In this document: positions 36,816 to 50,694 of the stretch, piece after piece | Position numbering within the stretch: the stretch's first letter is position 1 | How the letters are laid out: each line of letters opens with the position of its first letter | Assembly: GCF_035594765.1 (NCBI RefSeq) | Contig: NC_085846.1 | Span: 28,011,190-28,075,189, forward strand | Source: Anolis carolinensis | Taxonomy: Eukaryota | Reading direction: 5' to 3' | DNA length: 64,000 nucleotides | Notes under the pieces: generated by a model | What the model was told of the DNA's origin: nothing | The model's database searches: none | The model's input: only the letters and a program-made list of their open reading frames with translations | Made by a program: the position numbers and the translations under genes

Positions 36816-37288
36816 TAATGTGTGTGTGTGTTTTGTTTTTGTTTTTTTGGGTTTTTTTGTTTTTGTTTTGTGACACAACTATATTAGGGGTCAGATATTT
36901 GGTTCTTCTAGACTGGGGCTTCTTAAATGTTTTCACTCAGTAACTCTTTTGGCCCAACAAATTTTTACGTAACCCCCCAGGTATACAGGCAGTCCATGAG
37001 TTACAAACATCCAACTTACTAATGACTCACAGTTAAGGATGAAGATGAGATAACAGGAAGTGACAAAAATTTCCCCTCGGAAGGAAATTAACTCTTAAAA
37101 GAGTTATGGGGGGGGGGGGGGAGGTGTCTCCACTGAAGCTTTATCGCCAATCTTTGTTTCCACAAGCCACATTTTTTCAAAATCCAATTCTCACAGGGAC
37201 AAAAAAGTGAGGTGAAATCTTCTGAATAGTGGCACAGACAACAAAACAAACACTACAGGAGTGTTAACACTTCCCTATACTATCTATG

Positions 37289-37319
<31 letters not shown>

Positions 37320-37471
37320 TTATCTATCATTTCCGGAATGGACACCACTCTTGAGAACTGGCCTGAGACTGGCAACCCTAGGAAGAGATTCTGAGAAGCC
37401 GCATCCAGCACATCCACATTCTATTTCCAAGGACGGCAACAGCAAACCAACTCTGAAAATTCCTTGCATTA

Positions 37472-37605
37472 GGCCCCTTCTACACTGCCATAAAATCCAG
37501 ATTATCAAAGCAGATAATCCACACTGCCTGCTTTGAAATGGATATGAGTCTACACTGCCATATAATCCAGTTCAAAGCAGATAATATCGCAGTGTAGATG
37601 GGGCC
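37472..37605. mobile_element. Harbinger-type MITE family A
   Basis: TIRs with TTA/TAA flanks. Confidence 0.8.
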
Positions 37606-40309
37606 TAAGAAATCCCTATGAAATTCATGGGGTTGCTTTAAGCCAACAGGTTACTTGAAAACAGACACACACAAGCACACAAAAGCAAAGAAGGTGGTTT
37701 AAATGCAGCCCTTCAGTGAGCACTTCGCCATAATCAAAATCTTTGTATGGACCTAAATAACTCTCACCTCAAAAAAGATTGCATTTGCTGTTCTCTATAA
37801 ATAGCCACTGCACAACCCACAGCGCTTTTAATCCCTCAATCTTTGCTTCTTTTCTATAAACAGGCAATGAAAGTGCATCTTTCTTCGATGCAAACATTAT
37901 AAATTGTAGTGATGTTCGTTTTTTTACATATGGGATCAGTGTGTGAAGGGTAAGCAAATCAGACATATGAACCTACTTAAGGGACAGCAGAAGTATTAGT
38001 TATCTGGTCTAGTAATAAACAAAGGGTCATTCACACCTTTGAACATTTCACAGATGAAAATACAAAGTACATGGCCGAACAAGAGGGCAAAATTAATGAG
38101 GAACATCACATAAGATAAGAGAGACTGCAGCAGTTTACTCTTGACTGAGGGCCCTTCTATACTGCCATATAATCCAGATTATTTTTTCTCTTACAACAGT
38201 GGTTATTAACTTGTGGGTCCCCAGGTGTTTCCCCAGTTTACCAGCTGTTAAGATTTCTGGGAGTTGAAGGCTAAAACATCTGGGGACCCACAGGTTGAGA
38301 ACCACTGTCTTAGGATCTTCCATGCTATCTGTGGATGCAGGTTCTTACAGTAAGTGCTTGAGTCACCAAAATAAGCAGAGACGGGATGAATGCTAAAGCC
38401 TGGCTCTTAATCTTGAGTCATAAGAATGGTTTTCTTCCTTTGTTGTTGTTGTGTGCCTGCAAATCGTTTTTGACTAATGGTAACCTGAAGGCAAATCTAT
38501 TATGGAGTTTTCTTGGCAGAATTTGTTCAGACCACTATTATGATTTGATTTGATCCCTTTTGTTGTTTTGTACTTTCAGAACATTTTTTACTTATGGGCA
38601 TAGGGTTCTCTTTACAGTTTTCGAACTGCTAGGTTGGTAGAAGCTGGGGCTAACAATGATAGCTCACCCCACTCCCCGGATTCGAACCACCAACCTTTCA
38701 GTCAGCAATGTTCAGCAGCTCAGCCGTTTAACCTGCTGCGCCACCGGGCTACTATATGAGTCTACACTGCCATATAATCCAGGTCAAAGCAGATAATCTG
38801 GATTTTATATGGCAGTGTAGATCCACGCTCAGCTTCCTAAAAGGAAAACAATGGCAACCTCAAACTGGACAAATCTTGTCCCAAAGATGCCCATGATAGG
38901 TTTGCCTTCGGATCAATGGAAGTCAGAAATGTCTTCAAGGCACTCAACAACAATTTAGGTAACTGCATCCTCCCTCTTTACCCATATTCCTGCATTACTT
39001 TTTGGACAGTAAATCAAAGTGTAAATGGCATACAATGAACTTCCTGCTCTTTTGATAAACTATAACCTGCATTTTTAAAAACTTTACAGTTGCTGTTTGG
39101 CATGGTTCTTATATAAGGTTGCGCATAATACTTTGTCATTCGAATCAAGTAACATGCCTGCTTGCGCCACAAATATACAAATGTCAAAAGGAGAAATGCG
39201 GGGCCCTTTCATGCCACACAATTTTAGGACTTCTAGCCTATGGGATCCTGGAGTTTGTAGTCCATTCAGGCACAAGAACTCCCTGGTGGAGACTTTTAAA
39301 TGCCCCATAAGATGTTTTCGTGGCAGTTAAATTAGAATCATAGCACTGCAACCGTGTGGTGCCAAAAGAGTCCCTAGTCTAAATCAGCGAATTAAAACAC
39401 CTTGCTTTAAATCCATCCAACCCAATATCGACTTGCTTTCATCATCGGTTTACAATACATAACGTTTCAAAAAGTCTAAATTTCCCCAGGCAGCATCTGT
39501 ATTTTTTAAGAATCATCAAAGCATCAGTTATAATGAGGGAAGTTGAAGATCTGGAAAAACAAAATCCTCTACAATGACTCCCTTTTTAAAATTCTAAGTG
39601 TTACAAGGTACAGGGCTGTATTCCATACAATGCTGGCTTAGAGACCATCTTCTAAGACCTATTCAAATGTGTCATGTTTAAATAATAATAATAAGAAGGC
39701 AAGGTGGTGACCATTGGGTGATTGACTGAAAAGATGTGCTATGGGCTTTAACAGGGAAGAAATACCTTCCTGTCTCCGAGCAATTAATGCCCAGTCCTTC
39801 TGAAGAAAGGTAAAAACATTTCTTGACCTTGCAAAGATGGATATCAACTATTTAGTAATTATACTAATTTATGTCACAACTTTTTCCCAGTCCAAGATTC
39901 AAGCCATCTTCCAAAAGTTAAAGCAGAGATAGGTTAAAAATACACATCATACAAAAATATTAAACATAGTGAAACTACCAATAGACTTAAAAGCATGGTC
40001 ATTAAACAGGGTACCATTCTAGGGGGGAAAATCCCAAAGTCTGGGAACAGCCACCAAGAAGGCCATCTCGTGTCTCTCTATGACCCCTTCTACATTGCCA
40101 TATATAATCCAGATTATCTGCTTTGAACTGGATTAAATGGCAGTGTAGACTCATATAATCCAGTTCAAAGCAGGTAATGTGGATTATTTGCTTTAATAAT
40201 CTGGATTATATGGCAGTGAAGAAGGGGCCTAGGATTTGGGTTGTAAATTAAATACATTTCATTCTACTGCTGAGTGCAGATTTGAATCCTGGCTTTCAGA
40301 GTCATAGTC

Positions 40310-41021
40310 TGTTGCAATTTAGCCTGTGATAGTGTTTGATGTCAATGGGGATGCTGGAGTTTCCAGGCCTGTGTCTGATGACAATGGGAATGATGGTTTT
40401 CCTGACAGGCCTGGCTCCGAGAGGCCTGAGGTTTCTCTCTAACAGAGCGTGGATGCTCAAGGCCAAACTCTGAGAATCGGGAGGATGATTTGTCAGTTGC
40501 AGAATTTAATGAGCTTGAAGATAGAAGGCAAGGCTTTTTATAAACAAACGAAGAGTTCACGTGTCTGTCATTTCTGGGGGGAAATGGGAAAATAAATCTT
40601 TATCTGGTGGGAAAGTGAAATGGAATATGTTCTTTTCCTTGCATGAGACAGGAAAGTCTTTATAAGAAACAAGGTAAGGCTTTATACCTCAGTCTGGCCA
40701 ACATTGAATTTTCATAACAGTCTTGCTTCCAACTGGATTTCTAGTTTTATGGTTCCTGTTTTGCCAAGTCCCTGTTCTAAGTTTTGGGATCTTAAGCTGC
40801 CTTGTTCTTGTAGATTTTTGCAACCTTGTTCCTTGTGTTTTATCCTTGTATTTGAAAATTCATGGACCAATTGTTGCTTATTGAAGATAGCTTTTTGGAC
40901 TATACTGTTTGCATCATTTTTATTGCTTTGCTCTCATATATTCTTCAATAAACTGCTTGCTGATTATACTCAACTGGTGTGATGTCTAAGGTCAGAGAAG
41001 TTTCTGCTCTGGGATACAACA
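40310..41021 (+). mobile_element. Solo LTR (712 bp)
   Basis: TGTTG...CAACA inverted termini; 5-bp TSD TAGTC (40305-40309, 41022-41026); AATAAA at ~40947; interrupts an older SINE whose halves rejoin. Confidence 0.85.
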
Positions 41022-42799
41022 TAGTCCAACATTCACACTGCTACTCCAGACTGGCTCTCCAGCTGAGACTGACAGATTATATTTCCAGAACAGAAAAGAG
41101 TTACATACTAGTTATTTTAAAACTACTCTCCACCCCACAATTGGCAATAGGCATCAATCACCACTGTCCTGTTTAGCTTCTGAAATCAGATGAGAAAGTA
41201 TGTACAATCGTCCCTCTACATGGGTGGTTTTGACTTTTTGCAAATTTCATTATTCATGGATGTGACAAAAAATGTTCTCTTTAGGCATGTCTAGTTCATC
41301 TACTGTGACTCTATAGCCCCATCTATACTGCCATATAAAATCCAGATTATCTGATTTGAACTGGATTATATGGCAGTGTAGACTCCTATAATCCAGTTCA
41401 AAGGCGATAATGTGGATTCTCTGATTTGATAATCTGGATTATATGGCAGTGTAGATCCAATCTACAATCAATTTCCTCTAGTCCTGTTGGAGGACCTACA
41501 GATTTCTAAAGGAAATAACTCTTGAGATCCTCTAATATAATGCTATATTCAGTTTCCAGGGTAAGTCATGTTGGAAGACATAGACATTCCTAGAGAGATG
41601 TCTTTTCTGGGGAAAATAGAGATTTTTCACTTTCATGGGGATCTTGTGGCCCTAACTCCAGTGAGTGAAGAGGGATGATCACATTCATATTTCATTACAC
41701 AAACACAAACAAAGAGAGACACTCCTTCACTCTCTGTTAAAATGAAGGGGGCATCTGGGAACTTGAGTAAAAATTCTCAGCTATCAACACAGAGAGAGAG
41801 GATGGATCAATCAACCCAACAAACAGATGGCAAGCTCTGAGAATGGCAGAATTTAACCATCAAGGCCCACAGAGAAGGAAAACACTATGCAAACATTTTT
41901 TGAAGTAGCAAAAAAGAGGAACATCAAATGCAAACAGAAGGAAAGAAGGGATGCAGTGGCTGGGGAAGCATCAAACACGGAAAAAGTGGGATTCCAGATA
42001 AAATTGCAATAACTAGAAGGACACATCAGCATTTTTTTAAAAGTGGTTGACGTGGGTGTTTTCGTTGCAGAAATGAGGATGCAGACACCATAAAAAACAG
42101 AGATTGTTGCAGTCAATGGTGAATGAATCTTATGCCACATACACAAGAACACCCCCTCATTTTCTGTCATTAAAAAAGAAATGTAGAGTAGCTGACAGAA
42201 ACTGCCTCTGTACTCACAACTAGGCAGAATCTATCCAGCTCAGTACAACCTATGGAAATAGATTGGGATGTACTAGTAGGTTACTTGAAGTCATTCCTGA
42301 CTTGTGGCAACTCTAAGGCAAAGCTATCATGGGATTTTCTAGGCAAGATCTGTGGTGAGGTTGATTTTGCCTGAGGCCCCTTCCACACAGCTATATAAAA
42401 TCCACACTGAACTGGATTATATGGCAGTGTGGACTCAGATAACCCAGTTCAAAACAGATATTGTGGATTATCTGCCTTGGTATTCTGGGTTATATGGCTG
42501 CATGGAAGGACCCAGAGGGCCATCTGTCAGGAGTGCTTGAACTGTGTATTCCTGCATGGCAGAGGGTTGGACTGGATGGTCTCTGAGCCTTTTCATACAG
42601 CCATATAGCCCAGAATATCAAGGCAGATAATCCACAATATCTGCTTTGAACTGGATTATCTGAGCCCACGCTGCCATATAATCCAGTTCAGTGTGGATTT
42701 TATACAGCTATGTGGAAGGGGCCCTTGCGGTCTCTTCTAATTCTACAATTCTATAAATTACAAAGAACGAGTAATCTGGAATTAATTACATTTTACTTA

Positions 42800-42946
42800 G
42801 GCCCCTTTTACACTGCCATATAATCCAGATTGTCAAATAAAATACTCCACTTCATATTCTTTGAACTGGATTATATGAGACTACATTGCCATATAATCCA
42901 GTTCAAAATAGATAATCAGGATTTTATATGGAGCATAGAAGGGGCC
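42800..42946. mobile_element. Harbinger-type MITE family A
   Basis: TIRs, TTA/TTA TSD. Confidence 0.8.
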
Positions 42947-43755
42947 TTAGAAGAACTGTGGGTTCCAACCAAGCACTGTTTCTGCTGCTTTTGGCTAGTA
43001 GCAACTTTTGGGTAACATGTCATTTGGGGATGGCAAGTTAAATGTAAAAACCATAAAAATTAAAAGTAAAATTCCCTTTGCGAGTTCCCCCTGGATACTA
43101 TTAAGTGGAGGCGAATCAAAGAGCAGAAGGAGGAAGAAAAGAACCCAAGTACGAAATTCAATGTGTTCAGCCTCTTTGTTCAATTGTGTTATTGTAACAG
43201 GGAATGAACACAAAAAAATCAAAAAGCGACCTTTTTTCCTACTGGTGATATCTTTTGTTTATTAAATTGTAAATTATCTTCCGCTTTCATTATTTCAAAG
43301 GGCACCCCCGTGCATGCCTGCTTATCTGCAAATGTATTTAAATATGACCATTTGATTGATTCATCTCTTAAAAGTCAGATAATTTAATGGCCTCCATCTC
43401 TTGTACGATTGCATCTTATATGCATGTTTCCAGACAGATGGCTTGTAGTATTAACAATCAAAAGGCATTGTGCAGCTCTTCCATTTTCTTCTTCTGAATA
43501 ATCTTTGCAGTTGTTTGGTGATAAGGGGGAGAAATGGAAGAAGCAGATGAAAAGCCAGAGCTCAGAAAAGTTCTATATTTACACAGAAACGCCGTTCAGG
43601 GGATCTGGGACCTCGTTTGAAAAAGACAATTGTCCAAGCCTTGGAGTAAATACAGGAGGGTTAGAAGTGGAAGATGATGGAAATAGCTAGACCTTATGTA
43701 AAATTCTGAGTCAAAGTCAAAAGGGAGCACCTATGACCATTATGTATATGGGGGA

Positions 43756-44850
43756 GGAAATTATCTATTGGACAAATGGCAAGCTATTTAACCTCAGCAG
43801 ACTGAAAGCCAAAACCAAGGTCACAACAACATCTGTTATAGAATTCCAATATACTGATGACAGTGTAGTTTATGAGTGTTCAGAAGACCTACAAGCCACT
43901 CTAAACACCTTTGCAAAAGGAATATATGAGAAGCTCAGCATTTTATTGAACATTGAGAAAACCAAAGTGCTCTGTCACCAGCCAACCCCTCTGCAATGCC
44001 AGGAATACAGCTTAATGGTGTAACATTAGAAAATGTTGACCATTTCCGCTACCTTGGCAGCCACCTTTCCACAAAAGTCAACATTGACACTGAAATACAC
44101 CACCGCCTGAGCTCTGCGAGTGCAGCATTCTTCCAAATGAAGCAGAGAGTGTTTGAGGGTTGGGACATCCATAGGGATACCAAGGTGCTTGTTTATAAAG
44201 CTATTGTCCTCCTGATGCTGTTATATGCCTGCGAAACGTGGACTGTCTACAGACGTCACACTCAACTCCTGGAACGATTCCATCAGTGTTGGCTCCAAAA
44301 AATCCTACAAATCTTTTGGGAAGACAGGCAGACAAATGTCAGAATGCTGGAAGAAGCAAAGACCACCAGCACTGAAGCAATGCTCTTACACCATCAACTC
44401 CGCTGGACAGGCCACATTGTCCGAATGCCTGATCATAGTCTCCCAAAACAGTTACTATACTCCCAATTCAAGAATGGAAAACAGAATGTTGGTGGACAGG
44501 AAAAGAGATTCAAAAATGGGCTTAAAGCTAACCTTAAAAACTGTGGCATTGACACTGAGAACTGGGAAGCCCTGGCCCTTGAGCGCTCTAGCTGGAGGTC
44601 AGCTGTGACCAGCAGTGCTGTGGAATTTGAAGAGATATGGATGGAGGGAGAAAGAGAGAAACGTGCCAAGAGGAAGGCGCATCAAGCCAACCCTGACCAG
44701 GACCCCCTTCAACCTGGAAACCAATGCCCTCACTGTGGAAGAACATGCGGATCAAGAATACAGCTATATTGTCTCCTACACATCCACCGCCGAGACACTA
44801 CACTTGTAAGGCCATCATATTTGGACGACGAAGGATCGCCTAAGAAAAGA
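43756..44850 (+). mobile_element. 5'-truncated RTE-clade LINE (RT C-terminal half)
   Basis: Peptides GKLFNLSRLKAKTK...FQYTDD (YADD-like), FRYLGS, LLYACETWT, LRWTGHIVRMPD..LPKQLLY and CPHCGR; one frameshift near 43975; TSD atatggggga (43746-43755, 44851-44860). Confidence 0.92.
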
Positions 44851-47471
44851 ATATGGGGGACGGAGCACAAATAATGTCCCAAGGCCTTATTCAAGACGTG
44901 AGACTTGAATAAAGGTTTCCTGGATCTAACCCAACTCACTGGCACAGAAATAGCTAACTTTTCACCTTCCTGAAGTGTTGAGCTTCAGCTCCACTAAGCC
45001 TCAGGCAGTATGACTAATGGTGAGCCATTGTCAAAGTTGTACTGCAAAACACCTGGGCTGCAGAACCAGATTACTTGCCCTAACTCTTACATAGCACACA
45101 ATTCTCATGCGAAAAAAGAAGGAAAGAGGGGAAAGAGTTAAGGCAGAAAAATCGAGCCTACCCAAATTATATCAACTGCCAATCCCTGGCCAACAACCTT
45201 GCACATTGGTTCATTACCCAATGTGATAACAAGCTGCATGCATTTCCAAGCGAATCCCCTCCGGCAAGAAAAGCTTTCAGTTCCAAGAAACCATGAGCAA
45301 CATTCCCTTAAACTTTTTTATTGTTGAGGTTTCCTCCCCTTATGCCATTTCTTGCTGCTGGAAAGCATGTTATTTCCCTTTGGTATTCCATTGTTTTGTT
45401 TCACTACCACACTGTTCATTTTTTTGCAAGTTGGGAGGGGATTGTGGTTACTACAGAAATTAGCATTTAAATGTATTCAATTACAGTAAATACAAACCCA
45501 CACTCTTCTTTGAGAAAGATATCATTAAAACTGTTTTTAAACGCTAGCCATGCCTAGGAGACAAAACATATTTTTCCTTAAAATAAGAACATCAACAAAA
45601 CAGAACAAGACATTGCTTTGTATCTAAAACCAGAGAAGGGGCTTAGCTCAGGAGGATACAGAGGCATTTTAGGAATCTGGCATTTGCAAATTCCAAGATG
45701 AACCTGTTGGGCTACAATCGGTCCTATCTGTTGAGCCATTCTGGGACTCAGGACTCTCAAAACTAACTTTTCCAAGCTTGGATATGAACCAGCTTGATCC
45801 ACATCTTCCATACTAATGTGAAAATCAATGGGACTTAAATTGATCGTGACAAGCTTAAAGTTCTAATGATTTTGATGGCTCATCTCTAATTATGATTAGA
45901 TGGGGATACAACCTGCTATGTGACCCAATTAAATCAACTTCCTTGGAACCTATGGAAGGAGAACAAAGACTTCTTCAAAAATGTGCATAACAATAGCCTT
46001 GCTTAGCAGCTATAAACTTCTAAAGCAAAATATAATATCCACTTGGGTATAGCATAAAACTCAGTTGGCCCTAAGCCAACTGGTAGTCACAGTTAGATTG
46101 ACGGAAGCAATGGGATTGGAATAAGTGTTTGTTCAACAGGTCTACTTTAGTTGGAACTAGCAACTGGATTTAAGTCTTTGATGCCACCAGGTAGTTAGTT
46201 CCCCTACATATAAAAGCAGGTGCTGGCTCCTCCATTCCCCCATTATGATTGACACCGGTATGGTGGCCTAAGGATAACAGCTCCCACATCATTTCCCCAA
46301 TAGTGTGTGCCCCACATATATGCATTGGCATGTTTTTGTTCGGTTTGTTGTAACCTTGTACTCCAATCCAAGCTACCTGGCAGGGATACAGCCATATAAC
46401 CCAGAATATCAAGGCAGAAAAACCCACAATATTTCCTTTGAGCTGGGTTATCTGAGCACACACTATTCCGGTTCAAAGCAGATAATGTGGGATTTTATTC
46501 AGCTGTGTAGAAGGGGCCTAGGACGGCTCATCTTATGACTCTCCTCTTGAACAGTCATGCTGCTGACTTTAGAGAGAAAAAAGATGTAGATATGTGCTTT
46601 CAAGTTCACCTGTCAAATATACGGCAATCTCATGAAATCCATAGGACAAGGTATAGTCTGCGGTGATTTTGACAGCTTCTTTCTCTGAAATACAGTCAAC
46701 TAGTATTCTTTAGTAATCTCCCATCCTGGTACTAATCAGGTCTTCCTGATCAGATGGGATATGGTGCCTTTTTAAGCCAACTGCAAATACTAGTACTGAC
46801 CAATACATAGCTCTGAATTATCTTTCTCAAACTTCTTACTGAAATTAAGTCAAAATTACAACATTGGGAGGGCAACAAGTGGCTCATTCCTACTTTTAAA
46901 ATGCTGGATAGTTTAACAAGTCAACTTCTGACACCATAAACCACTATCTCTCCTCCAAGCCAGTGTTACTCAAAGTGGTAGACCATGATCCATGAGATGT
47001 TAGATCTCCAGAAGGTTTAGATTCATACAGAGTTCAAAAGTATTCCCTTAATTTTTAGTAGAGAAGTCTACAGCCCCTTCCACACAGCTGTATAAAATCC
47101 ACAATGAACTGGATTATATGGCAGTGTGGACTCAGATATTCCAATTCAAAGCAGATACTGTGGATGATCTGCCTTCATATTCTGGGTTATATGGCTGTGT
47201 GGAAGGGCCCTTTGGCCCCTTCTACACTGCCATATAAAATCCAGATTATCTGCTTTAAACTTTGGAAGCTTTTAAGCAGAGGCTGGATGGCCATCTGTCG
47301 GGGGTGCTTTGAATGCAATTTCCTGCTTCTTAGCAGGGGTTGGACTAGATGGCCCATGAGGTCTCTTCCTACTCTACTATTCTATGATTCTATGATTCTA
47401 TAATCCAGTTCAAAGAAGATTATGTGATAATCTGGAAGATATGGCAATGTAGAAGGGGCCTATGTATCCTA

Positions 47472-47803
47472 AGGTAAAGGTAAAGATTTTCCCCTGACAT
47501 TATGTCTAGTCGTGTCCAACTCTGGGGGTTGGAGCTCATCTCCATTTCTAAGCCGAAGAGCCGGCGTTGTCCATAGACACCTCCAAGGTCATGTGGCCAG
47601 CATGACAGCATGGAGCACAGCTACTTTCCCACGGGAGAAGTACCTATCAATCTACTCACATGTGCATGTTTTCAAACTGCTAGGTTGGCAGAAGTTGGGG
47701 CTAACAGCAGGAGCTCACCCCGCTCTCTGGATTTGAACTGCTGACCTTTCAGTCAGCAAGTTCAGCAGCTCTGTGGCTTAACCTTCTGCACCACCGAGGG
47801 CTC
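47472..47803 (-). mobile_element. Sauria SINE
   Basis: (aaaggt)n tail on the plus strand, full body, tatcctaa repeated at both flanks. Confidence 0.85.
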
Positions 47804-49114
47804 TTATTTATCCTAACATACTGCAAAACCCAGGTATCTGTAAGACAAAGCCATGGCAGTTAAAATAGTATTCAAAGAACTTTAATTTTGCAGTGTAGCT
47901 CAGTACTATTCAAAGTGGCGGTCCATGGACTGCAGCTGTTGGTACCTGGGGAGTTTCCAGGAAAGTAAGAATTGTAGCCAGAAGACACAAAAACAGTATT
48001 GCTCCCTGGCACAAATGGGAAAAGATACCAGTCTCCCGGATCAGATAGCTTCAGAAGAATTGATCTAGACGGATATTCAGAAAGAGATCTGTCGGGATGC
48101 TATGTTGATGAAGAGAAAATGATACCAAGTCTGTCTCGGGGATGCATTTCTGCTCATACCCATCTCTCTAGGCAGAGCAATGGGGAGAAGGCAGATTGAG
48201 CCTATTTGTAGACCACCAAGGGAATTAGAATGTGTTTACTTACAGGCAGCTGACCACCTGGATAACTGCAGAGAAGATACTATGCACATTTTAAAATCAT
48301 ATTCAGCATTCCCAAGCCTAGAAATGAATTATCGATTCACTGGCATCCAAGCAATACAGCCAGATTTAGATATTGTGCAGGTTTCCATGTCATTTGCTCC
48401 AACTCAGCAAGGGCTTCAGGTTAGCTGCGATTCGGCAGTAGGGACAATACAAAGCCCTTTCTCCCTCTGAAATTAGACTGCAGAAATAAAGAAAGCCTGG
48501 CAGTAAACAGAAGTAGGAGTAGATTCGTGAAATAAAGGATTTCGGCATGAGCTGTAGTTCTGGGGGAATAAACCTAGTCCCTTGACTGAGCAAGTGCTGA
48601 GCGTAACCTTGGCCTGCAGTCCCACATCCTCCCCTTCTTAGTTGCTAGTTTTTATCTGGCTCTGTGTGACAGATCTTGGACATACCTTAGAAAAGTTTTC
48701 TTTTCTGAAGGTTAGAAACTAAATGTTCCATAATCCAACCCAGCCAGCATAGCCAAGTTCTCTGCAGCTTCTTATTTTCTATTAGTCACTCTTTCCATGA
48801 CATAATTCTTGTACTCGTTGCAAGTAAAAGATGGTCCCAATTTGATCTTTTAAGGAATACTCTTGAAATATGTCATTAAAGTACATATGTATGTTAACAC
48901 TCTTCAAGAGTAAGTCCCTTCCATGGAAAGTGAAATCTCTGAAGTGCCAAACAAACAGATATTTGAATGGTAAACAAAAAGGTGCCATGTGGTCGGAACA
49001 CAGTTCAGGACATAGGATTTATTTCCAGTTGGACTCTCATTGAGAGAAAGCTAGCTGAACACCCATCTTATTCCAGTCATATTTCACATATGTGTCAGAG
49101 ATTTCAAAGGTTTA

Positions 49115-49446
49115 GGTAAAGGTAAAGATTTTCCCCTGACATTAAATCTAGTTGTATCCGACTCTGGGAGTTGGTGCTCATCTCCATTTCAAAGTCAAAG
49201 TGCTGGCGTTGTCTACAGATGACTCCAAGGTCATGTGGCCGGCATGACTGCATGGAGCGCTGTTACCTTCCCACCAGAGCGGCACCTATTGATCTACTCA
49301 CATTTGCACGTTTTCAAACTGCTAGGTTGGCAGAAGCTAGATCTGACAGTGGGAGCTCACCCCGCTCCCCGGATTTGAATCACCGACCTTTTGGTCAGCA
49401 ATTTCAACAGCTCAGCAGTTTAACCCACTGGGCCACTGGGGGCTCC
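49115..49446 (-). mobile_element. Sauria SINE
   Basis: TSD tttcaaaggttta. Confidence 0.88.
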
Positions 49447-49662
49447 TTTCAAAGGTTTAACTATGATTAAAAGCACATTCCTTAGTATGAATAAAACTAA
49501 AATTTGTCAAGGGCTAGCTGAGCTAAGACTAGACTAGTCTGCCATGCTGAATGCAAATCCCTCTCTATCTAGGGATGTGGGAGATTAATACTTAGAATAG
49601 GCCACTGAAATCAATGGCATTTATGTTAGGTATGGTTTGAGTCTCATGGATTTTCAATCTAA

Positions 49663-49810
49663 GGCCCCTTCTACACTGCCATATAAAATCCACATTATCT
49701 GCTTTGAACTGGATTATATGGCAGTGTAGACTCATATAATCCAGTTCAAAGCAGATAATGTGGATTATCTGATTTAATAATATGGATTATATTGCAGTAT
49801 AGAAGAGGCC
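49663..49810. mobile_element. Harbinger-type MITE family A
   Basis: TIRs, TAA 5' flank. Confidence 0.8.
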
Positions 49811-50694
49811 GAAGTAGAACTGGATCTGGAAACCAATTGCATGGCCTGATCTGCTGGAAGATAATGCATCAATCATGTAACACCTTCATGTTAACGCTGC
49901 TGCTGTTATTGTGGGATTTCAATCCTCCATGGCTCCACATCTTCTCTATCACTTCCTTTCTGCTTAGGCAGCAGAGCAGTTCTGCCAACAGATTGGTCTA
50001 TCTCTGAGCGAGCTTCCGGAAGAGCACTTTTATGAACAGAAGAGATTTAAAATTAATCTTAACCCACATATCTATGAGTATTGTTCTGTAAATCTATGAA
50101 GATACCTTAACTTGTTTGCACAAGAATGGGAAATACACCCAAATATGTTCATGTCTTCAATTGATAATCCTTAAGAACAGCTGATGAAGCACTGGGCAGC
50201 AGAACATACCAAACTCAGTACCAAATACTACCGTTCTATGGCCTCTTCTACATTGCCATATGAAATCCAGAGTCTAACTGGGAATAAATCCTATGTCCTG
50301 AACTGTGTTCTGACCACATGGTACCTTTTTTGTTTTCCATTCAAATGTGTGTCTGTCTGGCATTTCAGAGATTTCTACTTTGAACTGGATTATATGGCAA
50401 TGTAGACTCATCTAATCCAGTTCAAAGAGGATCATCTGTATTACCTACATTGATAATCTGGATTATATGGCAGCGTAGAAGTGGCCTCTGTAAACATCTT
50501 GTGTCCTGTTACCTGGTGGAATAGACACTTTGCATAGCGCTGAACTTGGAAGTAACAAGTTACAACTAACACACAGTAACTAAGAGTGGGAAAAAAATTC
50601 AAAAACAAGGGTATGATACTATCACATCTCCAAAGTAACACAATGATAAAACTGTAACAGTTTACAGTCTCTAGCTACGGTACATTTAAAGTTA

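Noticed and set aside
43996-44874. 292-aa ORF as a host gene
   Set aside because: It is the 3' part of a truncated, frameshifted RTE LINE with a TSD.
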